From Pseudomonadota bacterium (GTDB lineage: Bacteria; Pseudomonadota; Alphaproteobacteria; Rhodobacterales; Rhodobacteraceae), in the NCBI GenBank assembly GCA_038751255.1, contig JBCDGN010000006.1:689-64688 (forward strand): a stretch of DNA of 64,000 bases. Reading direction: 5' to 3'. Below are positions 44,640 through 55,055 of the stretch, piece after piece (the first letter of the stretch is position 1; each line of letters begins with the position of its first letter). The position numbers were made by a program, and so were the translations under genes. A model generated the notes under the pieces. It had not been told where the DNA came from and did no database searches. It saw only the letters and a program-made list of their open reading frames with translations.

Positions 44640-46001
44640 CTAAGCAGCTTTGCGACTACGCGCCCAATCGGGCACCCAATCGCCATGGGCCGCGAGCAGA
44701 TCAGTCACCAAATGTCTGATCTGGCGCAGGTCCAATTCCGCGGCAGTATGTGGATCGAACATGGCGGCGTGATAGATATGCTCCACATTCTCCTCCATGA
44801 GCGCCCGAACAACGAGTTCCTGCACGTTGATCTGGCTCCGCATTAGCGCGATCAGTTGGGTCGGGATGTCTTCAACGATGACTGGCTGCACACCATTATG
44901 ATCCACCAGGCAAGGTGTCTCAACTGCCGCCCCCAGGGGCAACTGCGGGATCTGACCGGTGTTGGGCAGATTGCCATAGATGCGGATCGGTTGGTCCGTG
45001 ACCATGGACTCCATCAGATCAGCGGCAAATTCATGGCTTTCTTCTGTGCCTAAAATCTCGGACGGATTGGCGCCGGGCGCCCGCAACTCTGCAGCACGCG
45101 ATCGCCATGCGGCCACTTGTTCGACGCAACGCTTGGGATACTCGTCAAGTGGCACACCAAACTCGGCGATCAGATCCTCGCGGCCGTTTTTGATGAACCA
45201 AGGAACATATTCTGCAAAATGCTCTGAGCTTTCGGTGCAGAAATAGCCCAAATGCTCCATCACTTCGTAGCGGACTTTGTTTCCACAGCGCTCATGAAAC
45301 AGCGGACCCTTCGGCAATTGGCCCCTGCGATAGCCATCGCGAAGCGCTGGGTAGAGATCACGGCCCTGATGGGTGATTTCCAGGAAAAACGCCACATGGT
45401 TCACGCCCGCCACCAGATAGCGTAATTCATCCTGAGGCAGGTTCAAATCATGCGCAAACTCCACAAGCGTGTTTTGCACCGAGTGGCAGAGCCCGACCTG
45501 CTTCACCTGAGGATAGCGCGCCGATAGCGCCCAGGTATTGATCGCCATCGGGTTGACATATTGCAACATGATCGCATCGGGGCAGAGCCGTGCCATATCC
45601 TCGGCTACCGCCCAAAGATGTGGCACGGTGCGCAACCCCCGCATGATGCCGCCAACCCCCAAAGTATCTGCTATGGTTTGGCGCAGCCCATAAGCTTTGG
45701 GTACCTCGAAATCAGTGATGGTGCAGGGATCATACCCACCGATCTGGAAGGCCGTGACCACAAAATCTGCGCCATCGAGCGCCGCAGCGCGCTCGGTCGT
45801 TGTGCTGACCTTTGCGCCGGTTCCCATCGCAGCCACCAAGCTCCGCGCGACCAGAGCGCTTTCTTCGAGCCGCCCAGCATCGATGTCCATCAGAGCGATC
45901 TCAGCATCCGCAAGCGCAGGTTTATGCAGCGCATCGCCAATGATGTTTTTCATAAAGATCGTCGAGCCAGCTCCGACAAAAGCGATCTTAGGGACACTCA
46001 T
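44640..46001 (-). CDS. Glycoside hydrolase family 4 alpha-galactosidase/alpha-glucosidase
   Basis: N-terminal KIAFVGAGSTIFMKNIIGD (NAD-binding GH4 signature region) and ~450 aa size. Confidence 0.85.
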   Translation of the reverse strand: MSVPKIAFVGAGSTIFMKNIIGDALHKPALADAEIALMDIDAGRLEESALVARSLVAAMGTGAKVSTTTERAAALDGADFVVTAFQIGGYDPCTITDFEVPKAYGLRQTIADTLGVGGIMRGLRTVPHLWAVAEDMARLCPDAIMLQYVNPMAINTWALSARYPQVKQVGLCHSVQNTLVEFAHDLNLPQDELRYLVAGVNHVAFFLEITHQGRDLYPALRDGYRRGQLPKGPLFHERCGNKVRYEVMEHLGYFCTESSEHFAEYVPWFIKNGREDLIAEFGVPLDEYPKRCVEQVAAWRSRAAELRAPGANPSEILGTEESHEFAADLMESMVTDQPIRIYGNLPNTGQIPQLPLGAAVETPCLVDHNGVQPVIVEDIPTQLIALMRSQINVQELVVRALMEENVEHIYHAAMFDPHTAAELDLRQIRHLVTDLLAAHGDWVPDWARSRKAA

Positions 46002-46846
46002 TTCACAGCTCCTAGTGTCAGCCCGGCGATGAAATGCTTTTGCATAAGGAAGAACATCGCCACAGGCGGGAGGGCAGCGACAATGCTGCCAGCACTCATG
46101 AGGTTATAGGCGGCGCGATACTGCGCGTTAAAGCTGGTGATCCCCGCGGTAACCGGTTGGCTCTCGACCCCTTGGGTCAGCACGATCGCCCAAAAATAGT
46201 CGTTCCAGATGAAGGTGAAGATCAGGACCGACAGCGCAGCGATGGCAGGTTTCATCAGCGGCAAGACGATGTACCAAAAGATCCGCCATTCCGCCACGCC
46301 TTCGACCCTTGCGGCCTCGATCAGCTCGTGCGGCAGGGCGCGAATGAAGTTCCGCATAAAGAGGGTGCAGAACCCGGTCTGAAAGGCAACATGGAACAGC
46401 ACCAAACCCATCTTCGTGTTATAGAGCCCCATCTGCAGGGTCAGGTCGCGCACTGGCACCATGAGGATCTGAAACGGCACGAAGTTGCCCGCGATGAACA
46501 TGAAAAAGATCAAAAGGTTGCCACGGAAGCGATAGACGCCCAGAGCAAAGCCCGTCAGGCAGGACAGCGCCACGGCGCCGATCACGGTGGGCACGGTGAT
46601 GAACACGGAATTCAGCAGATACCGCGGCATGTCCGAGCCCGCAAAAACAAGCCCATAATTGGTCAAACCCTCGAAACTGGATGGCCAACCCCAATAGTTG
46701 CCCTGGGCGAAATCGGCATCGGGTTTGATTGAAAAGACCGCTACAGCGATCAATGGCAAGAGCCACAAGATCAGAGCCAGCGGCAAAAGCGTCTGGTAGC
46801 CGACTCGGACAGAGGGAGTTGATTTGGCGATCGGAGCAGGAAACAT
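45998..46846 (-). CDS. Carbohydrate ABC transporter permease
   Basis: Six TM helices and EAA loop LIEAARVEGVAEWRIFWYIVLPLMKPA. Confidence 0.9.
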   Translation of the reverse strand: MFPAPIAKSTPSVRVGYQTLLPLALILWLLPLIAVAVFSIKPDADFAQGNYWGWPSSFEGLTNYGLVFAGSDMPRYLLNSVFITVPTVIGAVALSCLTGFALGVYRFRGNLLIFFMFIAGNFVPFQILMVPVRDLTLQMGLYNTKMGLVLFHVAFQTGFCTLFMRNFIRALPHELIEAARVEGVAEWRIFWYIVLPLMKPAIAALSVLIFTFIWNDYFWAIVLTQGVESQPVTAGITSFNAQYRAAYNLMSAGSIVAALPPVAMFFLMQKHFIAGLTLGAVK

Positions 46847-47199
46847 CAGTCAGTCTCTCTTGGCGATAACGTCGCTTGAAGTTTTTTCGGCAGTTTCGAT
46901 CGGATCAGATCGTAGGATCGGGTGAGGCGAAACCGGATTTCTTCGGGCTCGGTTTCCTCCGGCAGAAGCACCCAACTGCGATGGAAGTAAGGGGCTTTGA
47001 TCCCAACACCGGTCTCGATCAGCATCTGCGCTGTTTCGACATCGGCGCATTTGACCGAGACACCTGCTCCGGCCGAACCGATGCAGGCGAACATCTTGTC
47101 GCCCACTTTCCACGCGTCATGCCCGCCCCCCCAAGGATCGGATTTCTCCGCCCCTGGGAGGCCAATGCAAATCGCGTCGATCTGGGCGCGAAAGCTCAT
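46846..47199 (-). CDS. MmcQ/YjbR-family protein embedded between the two permease genes
   Basis: GLPGAEKSDPWGGGHDAWKVGDKMFACIG resembles the YjbR fold family. Start moved to ATG 47199, which forms ATGA with the upstream permease stop. Its own stop overlaps the next ATG (TGATG). Confidence 0.65.
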   Translation of the reverse strand: MSFRAQIDAICIGLPGAEKSDPWGGGHDAWKVGDKMFACIGSAGAGVSVKCADVETAQMLIETGVGIKAPYFHRSWVLLPEETEPEEIRFRLTRSYDLIRSKLPKKLQATLSPRETD

Positions 47200-48122
47200 C
47201 TGTGGCCCTTCTCGTCTTGGTACATGGACCAAAGGAAATAGGCGATGAAGCAGAGCATGATCAGGAACAGAACAACCGCAATCGCAGCGCCATAGCCCCC
47301 GCGGAACCCGTATTCCGACAACTCGACCTCGAACCGGTAGAAGCTGAGGACGCGGCTTTCTCCGAAGGGCCCGCCATTTGTCATGATCGAGATCAGATCA
47401 AAGCTTCTCAGCGCCCCGATGATGGTCACGACAAAGGCGATGAAGGTTGCCGGGCGAAGTTGCGGCAGGACCACATACCAAAGCATCTTCCAGCCTTTGG
47501 CGCCGTCCAACCGCCCGGCCTCGATCTGCTCGGGGTCAACGGCATTCAGCCCGGTCAGATATAAGATCATGCAATAGGCCGTCTGCGGCCAGAGACCGGC
47601 GAAAATGATGCCATAGGTAACATAGCGCTCGTCACCCAGCACATTGAACGGTCCTAGCCCAAACGGCTCCACCAACGCGTTCAAAAGCCCAAAAGTAGGG
47701 TCGTAAAACCAGGTGAAAACGAGGCCCACGACCACTTGGCTGATCACGAAAGGAAAGAAAAACAGAGACTTGTAGAGCCGGATTCCAAATACAGTTTGGT
47801 TGAGAAACAGCGCAATGAACAGCCCTGCTGGGATCGCCAGCAGATACATGATTAACCAGATTAAATTGTTGCGGAGCGAAACGTAGAAGGCGTCGTCCCA
47901 ATAGAGCTCTTCGTAATTGCTCAGTCCCACATATTCGGCAGCACCCAAGCCATCCCAATCATAGAGTGAGACGTTAAAACTGTCGAAGATCGGGAAGATC
48001 ACATAGACACAGAAGAACAAAACCCCGGGCGCTAAGAACAGCGCTGGCGTGATGGTTCGCTGGTTTCGGTGCCACCAACTGGCGTCTTCGCCCATGGCAT
48101 AGCTTGCAGATGCGTCGCTCAT
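47196..48122 (-). CDS. Carbohydrate ABC transporter permease
   Basis: Six TM helices and EAA loop QIEAGRLDGAKGWKMLWYVVLPQLRPA. Confidence 0.9.
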   Translation of the reverse strand: MSDASASYAMGEDASWWHRNQRTITPALFLAPGVLFFCVYVIFPIFDSFNVSLYDWDGLGAAEYVGLSNYEELYWDDAFYVSLRNNLIWLIMYLLAIPAGLFIALFLNQTVFGIRLYKSLFFFPFVISQVVVGLVFTWFYDPTFGLLNALVEPFGLGPFNVLGDERYVTYGIIFAGLWPQTAYCMILYLTGLNAVDPEQIEAGRLDGAKGWKMLWYVVLPQLRPATFIAFVVTIIGALRSFDLISIMTNGGPFGESRVLSFYRFEVELSEYGFRGGYGAAIAVVLFLIMLCFIAYFLWSMYQDEKGHR

Positions 48123-48160
48123 AGCCGCTCATTTCCGTTCATAGGGGATGAGGAGGCTTG

Positions 48161-48221
48161 GCCCGCGCAAGCGGGCAAAGCCAGGCGTTGGGTCCGGGGT
48201 CCGATGTCGGGCCCCGGGACC
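48161..48221 (-). other. GC-rich intercistronic stem-loops between the binding-protein and permease genes
   Basis: GCCCGC-GCAA-GCGGGC (48161..48176) and the long imperfect palindrome GGTCCGGGGTCCGATGTCGGGCCCCGGGACC (48191..48221). They lie in the 103-nt gap after the SBP stop. This is typical of mRNA-stabilising elements in ABC operons, but the function is inferred. Confidence 0.4.
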
Positions 48222-48225
48222 GACG

Positions 48226-49482
48226 TCAGTAGATGCGCTGACGGGCGCGTTCTAGACGATCCAGGATGCGGTCGAGATTATCTGGGCGCACCATGAACTC
48301 TTGGAAGCCTTCCATCGCAACTTTTGCCATCTCCGCTGGCGCATCACGGTCAAAGAACTGCGCAATCCCGCCAGGGCTGTTGGAGGACAGAACCTCAAAG
48401 CCTTTGATCAGGAACTTGTCGTCATCGACAGAGCTTTGAGAATTCACCGGGAGCTGACCCAATGCATCACCACCATTGATCAGCGTCTGGTTCTCTGGCG
48501 TGACCACCCACCGCAGGAACGCGCGCGCGGCTTCCTTGTTCTCGGCGTTTGCCGGAATGTGGAAAGTGTCGGTCGGCGCGTCTTCCGCCATTTCGACAGA
48601 CCCGCTGATTGACGGGAACTGGTAGTAGTCAAGCTTGCTGTCGTCGAGACCAGCCTCGCGCAGCGGTGCCACTGCGAAGTTCCCCATCAGATAGGCCGCT
48701 GCGTCGCCCTGAACCATGAAGGGCAGCGCTTCCTGCCAGCTATAAGCGGTGTGGTTGTCGATGAAGGCTTCCATATCGATCAACTCACGCCAATTGGCGA
48801 AGGTCTGACGAACGCCGTCATCGGTCCAAGGGATCTCTCCCGCGGTCAGCTTCATGTGGTAATCGTAACCGTTGGTCCGCATGTTGAGATAGTCGAACCA
48901 CCCGCCAGCGGTCCAAAGAAACTTGGTCCCGATGGTGAAGCACTTCACGCCATTGTCGAGGAGAGTTTGACAGTTGGACTTAAAGCTTTCCCAATCGGTG
49001 GGTTCTTCGAGCCCATATTCGGCATAGATGTCAGGACGATAGTAAACGCCCCACTGGTAGTAAGTATAGGGCACGCCCCACTGCTTACCGTCCATGGTCA
49101 TCGCGCTTTTCGTGGATGCAAGCTGCTCGCTGACGGTGTCATCCCAAACATCGGACACGTCTTCGAAAAGACCCGCTTCGACATAGGGGGCCATGCGGTT
49201 ACCAGCATACCAGTTGGCAACATCTGGCGGGTTGGCTGTCAGAAAGTTCCGGATCTGGGTCTTATAGGCTTCCCGATCGATCGTGGTCAGCTCAATGTTC
49301 AGGTCAGGGTGCAGCGCACCAAAGCGCTCTACCATGCCTTCCATCACCGTCCGCGGCGCCGGGTTTGACATGTCCGAGAAGATAATCAAATCGCCCGAGA
49401 GCTTTTTGTCATCATCCGCAAGCGCTGGCGCCACCAACGCAGTAGACGCCCCCAGCAGAGTTGCCAGTGTCAAGTTTCGCAT
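48226..49482 (-). CDS. Carbohydrate ABC transporter substrate-binding protein
   Basis: Signal peptide (LVAPALA-DD) and ~418 aa family-1 solute-binding protein composition. First gene of the sugar ABC operon. Confidence 0.9.
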   Translation of the reverse strand: MRNLTLATLLGASTALVAPALADDDKKLSGDLIIFSDMSNPAPRTVMEGMVERFGALHPDLNIELTTIDREAYKTQIRNFLTANPPDVANWYAGNRMAPYVEAGLFEDVSDVWDDTVSEQLASTKSAMTMDGKQWGVPYTYYQWGVYYRPDIYAEYGLEEPTDWESFKSNCQTLLDNGVKCFTIGTKFLWTAGGWFDYLNMRTNGYDYHMKLTAGEIPWTDDGVRQTFANWRELIDMEAFIDNHTAYSWQEALPFMVQGDAAAYLMGNFAVAPLREAGLDDSKLDYYQFPSISGSVEMAEDAPTDTFHIPANAENKEAARAFLRWVVTPENQTLINGGDALGQLPVNSQSSVDDDKFLIKGFEVLSSNSPGGIAQFFDRDAPAEMAKVAMEGFQEFMVRPDNLDRILDRLERARQRIY

Positions 49483-49558
49483 TTACTTCCTCCCAGTAAG
49501 TTTCAATATTCGAAACTCTGTTTTACATGTTGAAATGATAGCACCGAATCTGGTTAGT

Positions 49559-50422
49559 ATGTCAACAGCGGATCCAAGGGAGGGACCGGTGCCGGAAGAT
49601 GAAAGCCATCGCGGCAAGGATGGAACGGTCGGAAAAGCGCTCGACGTGCTTGACCAGGTCGCGGCCTATGGTCGGCCTGTGCGTTTCACCGATGTGCTGA
49701 GTGATAGCTCTTATCCCAAGGGCACGCTCTATCGCTTGATCCAAGTCCTGCGCAGCCAAGGCATGCTGGACTACGACCCGCAAAGTCAAACCTATCGGCT
49801 AGGTGGGCGTCTGGTGCGGTTGGCCCATGCCGCTTGGCAACAGTTTTCACTGGCCCCTCTCGCCCGACCTTATCTTGATCACATCAGCACAGAGACAGGT
49901 CTGACTGTCCATCTCGCGCAGCTCGATCACGGGCAGGTGCTCTATGTCGACAAGCGCACGCCCCGCGCTCAGGTGGAGATGTTTTCCCAAGCGGGAAAGG
50001 TCGGTCCCGCCTATTGCACCGGCGTGGGCAAAGCGATGTTGGCCTATCTCGGGGCGGAAGAGGCTGACCATGTCATTCGCCTGCAAAGCTTCCACCGTCA
50101 CACCGCCGGCACCCTCACAAACGCCGACGCCCTGGTGAGAGAACTTGCCGATATCCGCACCCAAGGCGTGTCCTTTGACCGCGAAGAACACGAGCCCGGC
50201 ATCATCTGTGCCGCAGTGCCGATCCTTGACGCGTCAGAGCATGTTCTGGGCGCTGTCTCGGTCACTGGAACGACCCATCATACCACCCTCACAGCGCTCG
50301 AAGCGCATGTGCCACTACTGAAATCAAGCGCGGCGGCGATCGCCGCGGAAGCACAAAATTGGCGATTTCCAAGCCAATCAGACACCGCATCAAGGGGAGA
50401 GCCATGTCAGGAGTTACACTGA
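49559..50422 (+). CDS. IclR-family transcriptional regulator
   Basis: w[46 protein letters not shown], followed by an IclR effector domain. The ORF track start 49283 overlaps the divergent SBP gene; ATG 49559 chosen (49535 is an alternative). Confidence 0.85.
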   Translation: MSTADPREGPVPEDESHRGKDGTVGKALDVLDQVAAYGRPVRFTDVLSDSSYPKGTLYRLIQVLRSQGMLDYDPQSQTYRLGGRLVRLAHAAWQQFSLAPLARPYLDHISTETGLTVHLAQLDHGQVLYVDKRTPRAQVEMFSQAGKVGPAYCTGVGKAMLAYLGAEEADHVIRLQSFHRHTAGTLTNADALVRELADIRTQGVSFDREEHEPGIICAAVPILDASEHVLGAVSVTGTTHHTTLTALEAHVPLLKSSAAAIAAEAQNWRFPSQSDTASRGEPCQELH

Positions 50423-51480
50423 ATGGGGTGATCAAGCGCTATGGAACGGCGCAAGTGATCCACGGCGTTGATTTAGAGATCGAAAATGGCGAGTTCTGCG
50501 TGTTCGTCGGCCCGTCAGGTTGCGGCAAGTCAACGCTTTTGCGGATGATCGCCGGGCTTGAGGAAACCACTGAAGGGGAGATGTCCATCGGCAGCCGTGA
50601 TGTGACGCATCTGGAACCAGCCCTGCGTGGGGTCGCCATGGTGTTTCAGACCTATGCACTTTACCCGCATATGTCGGTGGCGGAAAACATGGGCTTTGGG
50701 CTGAAAATGACCGGTCATCCAAAAGATGAGATCGACTCAAAGGTGTCGGAGGCAAGCCGCATTCTGAAGCTCGATGAGTATCTCAGCCGCAAACCAAAAG
50801 CGCTCTCGGGCGGTCAACGGCAACGGGTGGCCATCGGTCGTGCCATTGTTCGCGGCCCTGAAGTTTTTCTCTTCGATGAACCGCTCTCCAACCTTGATGC
50901 CGAGTTGCGTGTGGAGATGCGTGTGGAGATTGCCCGGCTGCACAATGAGATTGGCGCCACGATGATCTACGTCACCCATGACCAGGTGGAGGCCATGACC
51001 ATGGCCGATAAGATCGTGGTTCTGCGGGCGGGGCGGATCGAGCAGGTCGGCGCGCCAATGGAGCTTTATCACAACCCAGCAAACCGCTTTGTGGCCGGGT
51101 TTATTGGCTCGCCTTCAATGAATTTTGTCACAGGTGAGATCACCCCAGGAGGATTGAAGGCGCCGGCGCTTACCGACCAAGCGCTGGCTTTGCCTGCAAA
51201 ATACCGGACCGGCAAAGTGATCGCAGGTCTGCGCCCGCAGCATTTGCGGCTCGCCCCGGGCAACAGCCACAAGATCGACTTGGTCGAACATCTTGGTGGA
51301 ACATCTTACGTCCATATCGATGCACCGGACGGCACTCGTCTTGTGGTGGAGACCCGCGAAGACGATCCGGAGCCAGAAGGAGATACCACCGGTCTCAGCA
51401 TCGATCCGAACCGATTGTTCCTGTTCGACGCCCAAAACGAAGAGCGACTGGTTCCCGAGCCAGAGCTAGAGACGGCCTAA
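50404..51480 (+). CDS. Sugar ABC transporter ATP-binding protein (MalK/UgpC type)
   Basis: Walker [10 protein letters not shown], signature [15 protein letters not shown], Walker [12 protein letters not shown], MalK-like C-terminal regulatory domain. Start at ATG 50404 (MSGVTLNGV). Confidence 0.9.
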   Translation: MSGVTLNGVIKRYGTAQVIHGVDLEIENGEFCVFVGPSGCGKSTLLRMIAGLEETTEGEMSIGSRDVTHLEPALRGVAMVFQTYALYPHMSVAENMGFGLKMTGHPKDEIDSKVSEASRILKLDEYLSRKPKALSGGQRQRVAIGRAIVRGPEVFLFDEPLSNLDAELRVEMRVEIARLHNEIGATMIYVTHDQVEAMTMADKIVVLRAGRIEQVGAPMELYHNPANRFVAGFIGSPSMNFVTGEITPGGLKAPALTDQALALPAKYRTGKVIAGLRPQHLRLAPGNSHKIDLVEHLGGTSYVHIDAPDGTRLVVETREDDPEPEGDTTGLSIDPNRLFLFDAQNEERLVPEPELETA

Positions 51481-51506
51481 CTGACGGCCGCAGCGACAGG
51501 GGCTTT

Positions 51507-52232
51507 CTAAGTCCCTGATGCCGCGATTGTCTGTAGCCGTTCCGCCAACGCACCGGGCGCGGTGACCATCGCGTCATGGCCGGTCTTTATCTCCGTCACC
51601 GGCCATCCAAGGGCCAAGGCGCGTTCATGGGCAATTTTTGCAGGCGGATAGGACGGCTCTGTGCAGCGGATGTAATGAGCGGGAACGCCATTGCCGACCG
51701 GGGCCTTCAGACTAAGGGCAGAGGTAAAGGTCTCGAAAGGATGCGGTGTCAGCCTCGGGGCGAGAAAGGCCACATCCTGTGGCAGAGTAACCCCAAAGCT
51801 TTCCGGCGGGGCCGGTGGCAAGCTAAGCCCGCCACTGGTTTTCTCGGCAAGCGCGGTACGATCTGCCGCGATCTCCTCGGGCAAAAGGCTTAGCCAAGTC
51901 TCGCCGGTCTCCAGGGCAATCGCATCAAGATAGACCAGTTTCGCAAGCCGTTCAGGGATGCGGTCGGCGACACCAGTGATCGGTATGCCCCCAAAGCTGT
52001 GGCCTACCAGAACGACGTCGCTCAGATCCTCAAAAAGGATATGTTGGACAATATCCTCGACGAAAACCTCAACTGTGATACCGGGGCGCAGGAGATGCGC
52101 CCGTTCGCCCAAGCCGGTCTGGGTGGGTGCTGAAACACTATGACCCTTGGCGCGCAACAGCGTTTCAACCCGTGCCCAGCACCAACCACCATGCCAGACA
52201 CCATGGACCAAAACATAGTGTCGCTTGACCAT
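51507..52232 (-). CDS. Alpha/beta-hydrolase fold esterase
   Basis: YVLVHGVWHGGWCW and nucleophile elbow LVGHSFGG. Start moved to ATG 52232, 5 nt after the upstream stop. Confidence 0.8.
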   Translation of the reverse strand: MVKRHYVLVHGVWHGGWCWARVETLLRAKGHSVSAPTQTGLGERAHLLRPGITVEVFVEDIVQHILFEDLSDVVLVGHSFGGIPITGVADRIPERLAKLVYLDAIALETGETWLSLLPEEIAADRTALAEKTSGGLSLPPAPPESFGVTLPQDVAFLAPRLTPHPFETFTSALSLKAPVGNGVPAHYIRCTEPSYPPAKIAHERALALGWPVTEIKTGHDAMVTAPGALAERLQTIAASGT

Positions 52233-52237
52233 TTGGC

Positions 52238-53041
52238 CTAGTTGATCGTCGCGAAATTTGCGTGGGCAGCCACCAGCCAAGTGCCGTTGATACGTTGAAA
52301 CACGGTCATCCGTCGGGCTTTGGCTTCAACGGTTTTGCCATCCCGCGTCTCATCTACAGTGACGACGTAGCGTGTCACCATGGTGTTGCTGAAGCTGGTC
52401 GCGACAAGGTCTTCGATCACCGGCTGGCCATCGATCGTGGGAAGATCGCTGGCGAGATAATCCTCCAGTGTGTATCCCGATCCATCGACGCGCAGAACTT
52501 GGAAATCTGGGGCGAGAACGGCACGGATCTTGTCTCGATCGCCGCTTTGAATGGCAGCAAAGAAGTCATAGATCGCTTTGCTCGAAGCTGTGGTGACATC
52601 GTTTTCACCCGTCCCCAAGGCAGCGAGCGCGATGAGAGACCATTCGCCGCCACGTTCCGCAAATACCGCGATCCGCGGAAGACTGGGGACTGAACGCGCG
52701 GTCCCTTCAAATTGTCCGGTATAGGTGATCTCGAAAGTTGCGGTCAGAAGATCATTGTCGCGCCGCACCGTCAGATCACTGACATCGTAGTCAACGATGG
52801 ATTTGGGAAAGCTCAGGTATTCGGCTTTGTCGAAATGAAGCCCATCCGAGCCGATGATCTGAAAGCTCTCGCCCAAAAACACCTGTAAATCGTCTCTGTC
52901 CGGTCCAAGATCGGTGTAGAAACGGTCGATCAGTTCACGCGCCAACGCGTCGTCGTCGTCCGCTGTTTGGCCTATCATGGCAGTTGGCGTGAGCGCGCAG
53001 AGAGCGCTCACCGAAAAAATCCCAATCAATCGCTGAAACAT
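52238..53041 (-). CDS. Exported tandem NTF2-like/SnoaL-like (DUF4440-type) protein, tentative
   Basis: Signal peptide (FSVSALCALTPTAMIG). Two similar ~110-aa halves (..LGESFQIIGSDGLHFDKAEYL.. and ..LAPDFQVLRVDGSGYTLEDYL..). Fold assignment is by pattern only. Confidence 0.5.
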   Translation of the reverse strand: MFQRLIGIFSVSALCALTPTAMIGQTADDDDALARELIDRFYTDLGPDRDDLQVFLGESFQIIGSDGLHFDKAEYLSFPKSIVDYDVSDLTVRRDNDLLTATFEITYTGQFEGTARSVPSLPRIAVFAERGGEWSLIALAALGTGENDVTTASSKAIYDFFAAIQSGDRDKIRAVLAPDFQVLRVDGSGYTLEDYLASDLPTIDGQPVIEDLVATSFSNTMVTRYVVTVDETRDGKTVEAKARRMTVFQRINGTWLVAAHANFATIN

Positions 53042-53114
53042 CTAAGACCCTCGCATATCTGACGCGGCCAGTTCAGCGCATCGCGCGTGTTATCTCAACC
53101 CTCAGAATCGCACG

Positions 53115-54245
53115 CTACGATCCGGCGAGCGCCGGGCTGTCCTGGAACTCCGACATCTCAACCGCGCGTTTTTCATCGATTGAGCGTTGCGCCGCGATTC
53201 CCATCAAGGCTGCGCGTTTGCCATCCTCCAAGCTGACTTCGGGGGCGGTCCGTTCACCGCGCACGAGTTCCAGGAATTTCTGGTGTTGGTAGAATGTACT
53301 GCCATTGTGGTCCCCGGCATCGAGGATGGTGGGGTCAACCGGGATTTCTTCGCGCATAGGTCCTTTGGGCTGTCGTGGGCTGACCACAACCTGGGGAACC
53401 GGCGGGGCGCCAAGGTCCTCGGGCCAGAACCGCGCCGGTCCCGGAACAAAAGCCTCGATTTTGCCGGTCGCGCCGACGGCGGACAGTTCTTCTTGATAGC
53501 GCGAGCCCTCGGCGAACATGCACAGATCCAGCATCGCCCGTGCTCCATTGTCGAAATCGACGATGACGAAGCCGTTGTCGAACACATCCGGCCTCTGGCC
53601 GCCGATCTCTTCATCGCGATGGTTCACATCCTGCCCGCCAGAGGCCATCACACGGACTGGCTCTGCCCCGATTGCCACCCGCATCAAGTCAAAGAAATGG
53701 CAGCATTTCTCGACAAATGTCCCGCCTGTTTGGCTGTTGAACCGGTTCCAAGCATCGACCTTGTGAAGGAAGGGAAATCGGTGCTCACGAATGGTCAGCA
53801 TCTTGATGCCACCGGTCGCATCCTTGAGCTTGGAAAGAAAGGCCGCAATCGGGGGCATATAGCGGTATTCCATCGCCACCCAGACCGGCGCGGGATAGGT
53901 CTCAATCAACTGCTCAAGCTGGCTCAACTCGTGCTGGTCGATAAACAGCGGCTTTTCTACCAGAACCGGAAGCGGACGGTGACGCGCCAACATCTCAAGC
54001 TGCGGAACATGGGCATGGTTGGGGCTCGCGATCAGCAGGCAGTCGAGCCCTTCAAAGCTCAAGAGCGCCTCGATCCCCGGCATCATCTGAGCATGCGGTG
54101 CAATCCCTTTGGCCGCAGCAGCCATGGCAGAGTTCGGTTCAAAGATGGCCGTGACTTCTGCATCGGGTAAAAGCGCGATATTGCGCAGATGCTCTTGCCC
54201 CATCATGCCGCAACCGATCAGGCCATATCGTGTTGTCGTCGTCAT
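53115..54245 (-). CDS. Gfo/Idh/MocA-family oxidoreductase
   Basis: N-terminal RYGLIGCGMMGQEHLRNI Rossmann motif and EKPL motif (VLVEKPLF). Confidence 0.85.
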   Translation of the reverse strand: MTTTTRYGLIGCGMMGQEHLRNIALLPDAEVTAIFEPNSAMAAAAKGIAPHAQMMPGIEALLSFEGLDCLLIASPNHAHVPQLEMLARHRPLPVLVEKPLFIDQHELSQLEQLIETYPAPVWVAMEYRYMPPIAAFLSKLKDATGGIKMLTIREHRFPFLHKVDAWNRFNSQTGGTFVEKCCHFFDLMRVAIGAEPVRVMASGGQDVNHRDEEIGGQRPDVFDNGFVIVDFDNGARAMLDLCMFAEGSRYQEELSAVGATGKIEAFVPGPARFWPEDLGAPPVPQVVVSPRQPKGPMREEIPVDPTILDAGDHNGSTFYQHQKFLELVRGERTAPEVSLEDGKRAALMGIAAQRSIDEKRAVEMSEFQDSPALAGS

Positions 54246-54253
54246 GCGCTCCC

Positions 54254-54994
54254 CTAACTCAAACGCTGTACATATCGGGCTCGATCAGGATCGAACCAGG
54301 TTCTTGAAAACTCCACCGGATGGTCGGCCTGCGCCCAACTCAGCCGTTCGATGTAGCCCACCATCTCACCTGGGGCTTTCGGAAAGCTTTTCGGTGCCCA
54401 ATCTGGTAGAGGCCCCAGCCAGACCCGGTCTTCGATTCGGCGGATCCAAAACCCCAAGGAACGCCGATAATAAAGATAGAGGGACTCCGAAAGAGCCTCT
54501 GGGCTCACCGCCCCTGCCGACCTATCGAGCCAGATATCTTCGACCGCTACAGGTAGGTGATCCAAATGGCGCACCCGTTGGATGCGAGTCGCCCGGTCAG
54601 AGGCCCCGAAAGTCGGAAGATCCGGAGGTTTGTCCTGCTCTAAAACATCCAACACATGCGCGGTGGGCAGACCGCCACCTTGCGGCAGTTCCAGTCTGAA
54701 CAACGAATAAATCCCGCCCGTCTCTTCGGTATGCTGGATGTAGTTGCCAGAGCCTTGGACCCGGGTCAGAAACCCATCTTTTTCCAATTGCGCCAGAGCT
54801 TTGCGCAGGGTCCGAACCGTCGTGCCATACTGCCCGGCCAAGACCCGTTCGGGCGGCAGTTTTTCACCATCTGACAGCCTGCCCGCGGCGATATCGCGGA
54901 TCAGCGCTTCATGGATTTGGACATGCAGCGGCAATGCTGAAGAGCGGACGGTGTGAAGGGACAGGGGAGGACCTCGAAAAAATTGATACACCAT
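54254..54994 (-). CDS. GntR-family regulator, HutC subfamily (UTRA effector domain)
   Basis: LPPERVLAGQYGTTVRTLRKALAQLEKDGFLTRVQGSGNYI wHTH, with a ~150-aa C-terminal domain of UTRA size. Divergent from the LLM oxidoreductase gene. Confidence 0.85.
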   Translation of the reverse strand: MVYQFFRGPPLSLHTVRSSALPLHVQIHEALIRDIAAGRLSDGEKLPPERVLAGQYGTTVRTLRKALAQLEKDGFLTRVQGSGNYIQHTEETGGIYSLFRLELPQGGGLPTAHVLDVLEQDKPPDLPTFGASDRATRIQRVRHLDHLPVAVEDIWLDRSAGAVSPEALSESLYLYYRRSLGFWIRRIEDRVWLGPLPDWAPKSFPKAPGEMVGYIERLSWAQADHPVEFSRTWFDPDRARYVQRLS

Positions 54995-55055
54995 TGATTT
55001 ACATCAAGGCGACTGTTAGGGAAAGCCCAAAGCAGCCCGTTGTGCGGAGGAATCG

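Noticed and set aside
53187-54170. 327-aa plus-strand ORF opposite the Gfo/Idh/MocA oxidoreductase
   Set aside because: Antisense shadow ORF. The minus-strand product carries the Rossmann and EKP motifs.
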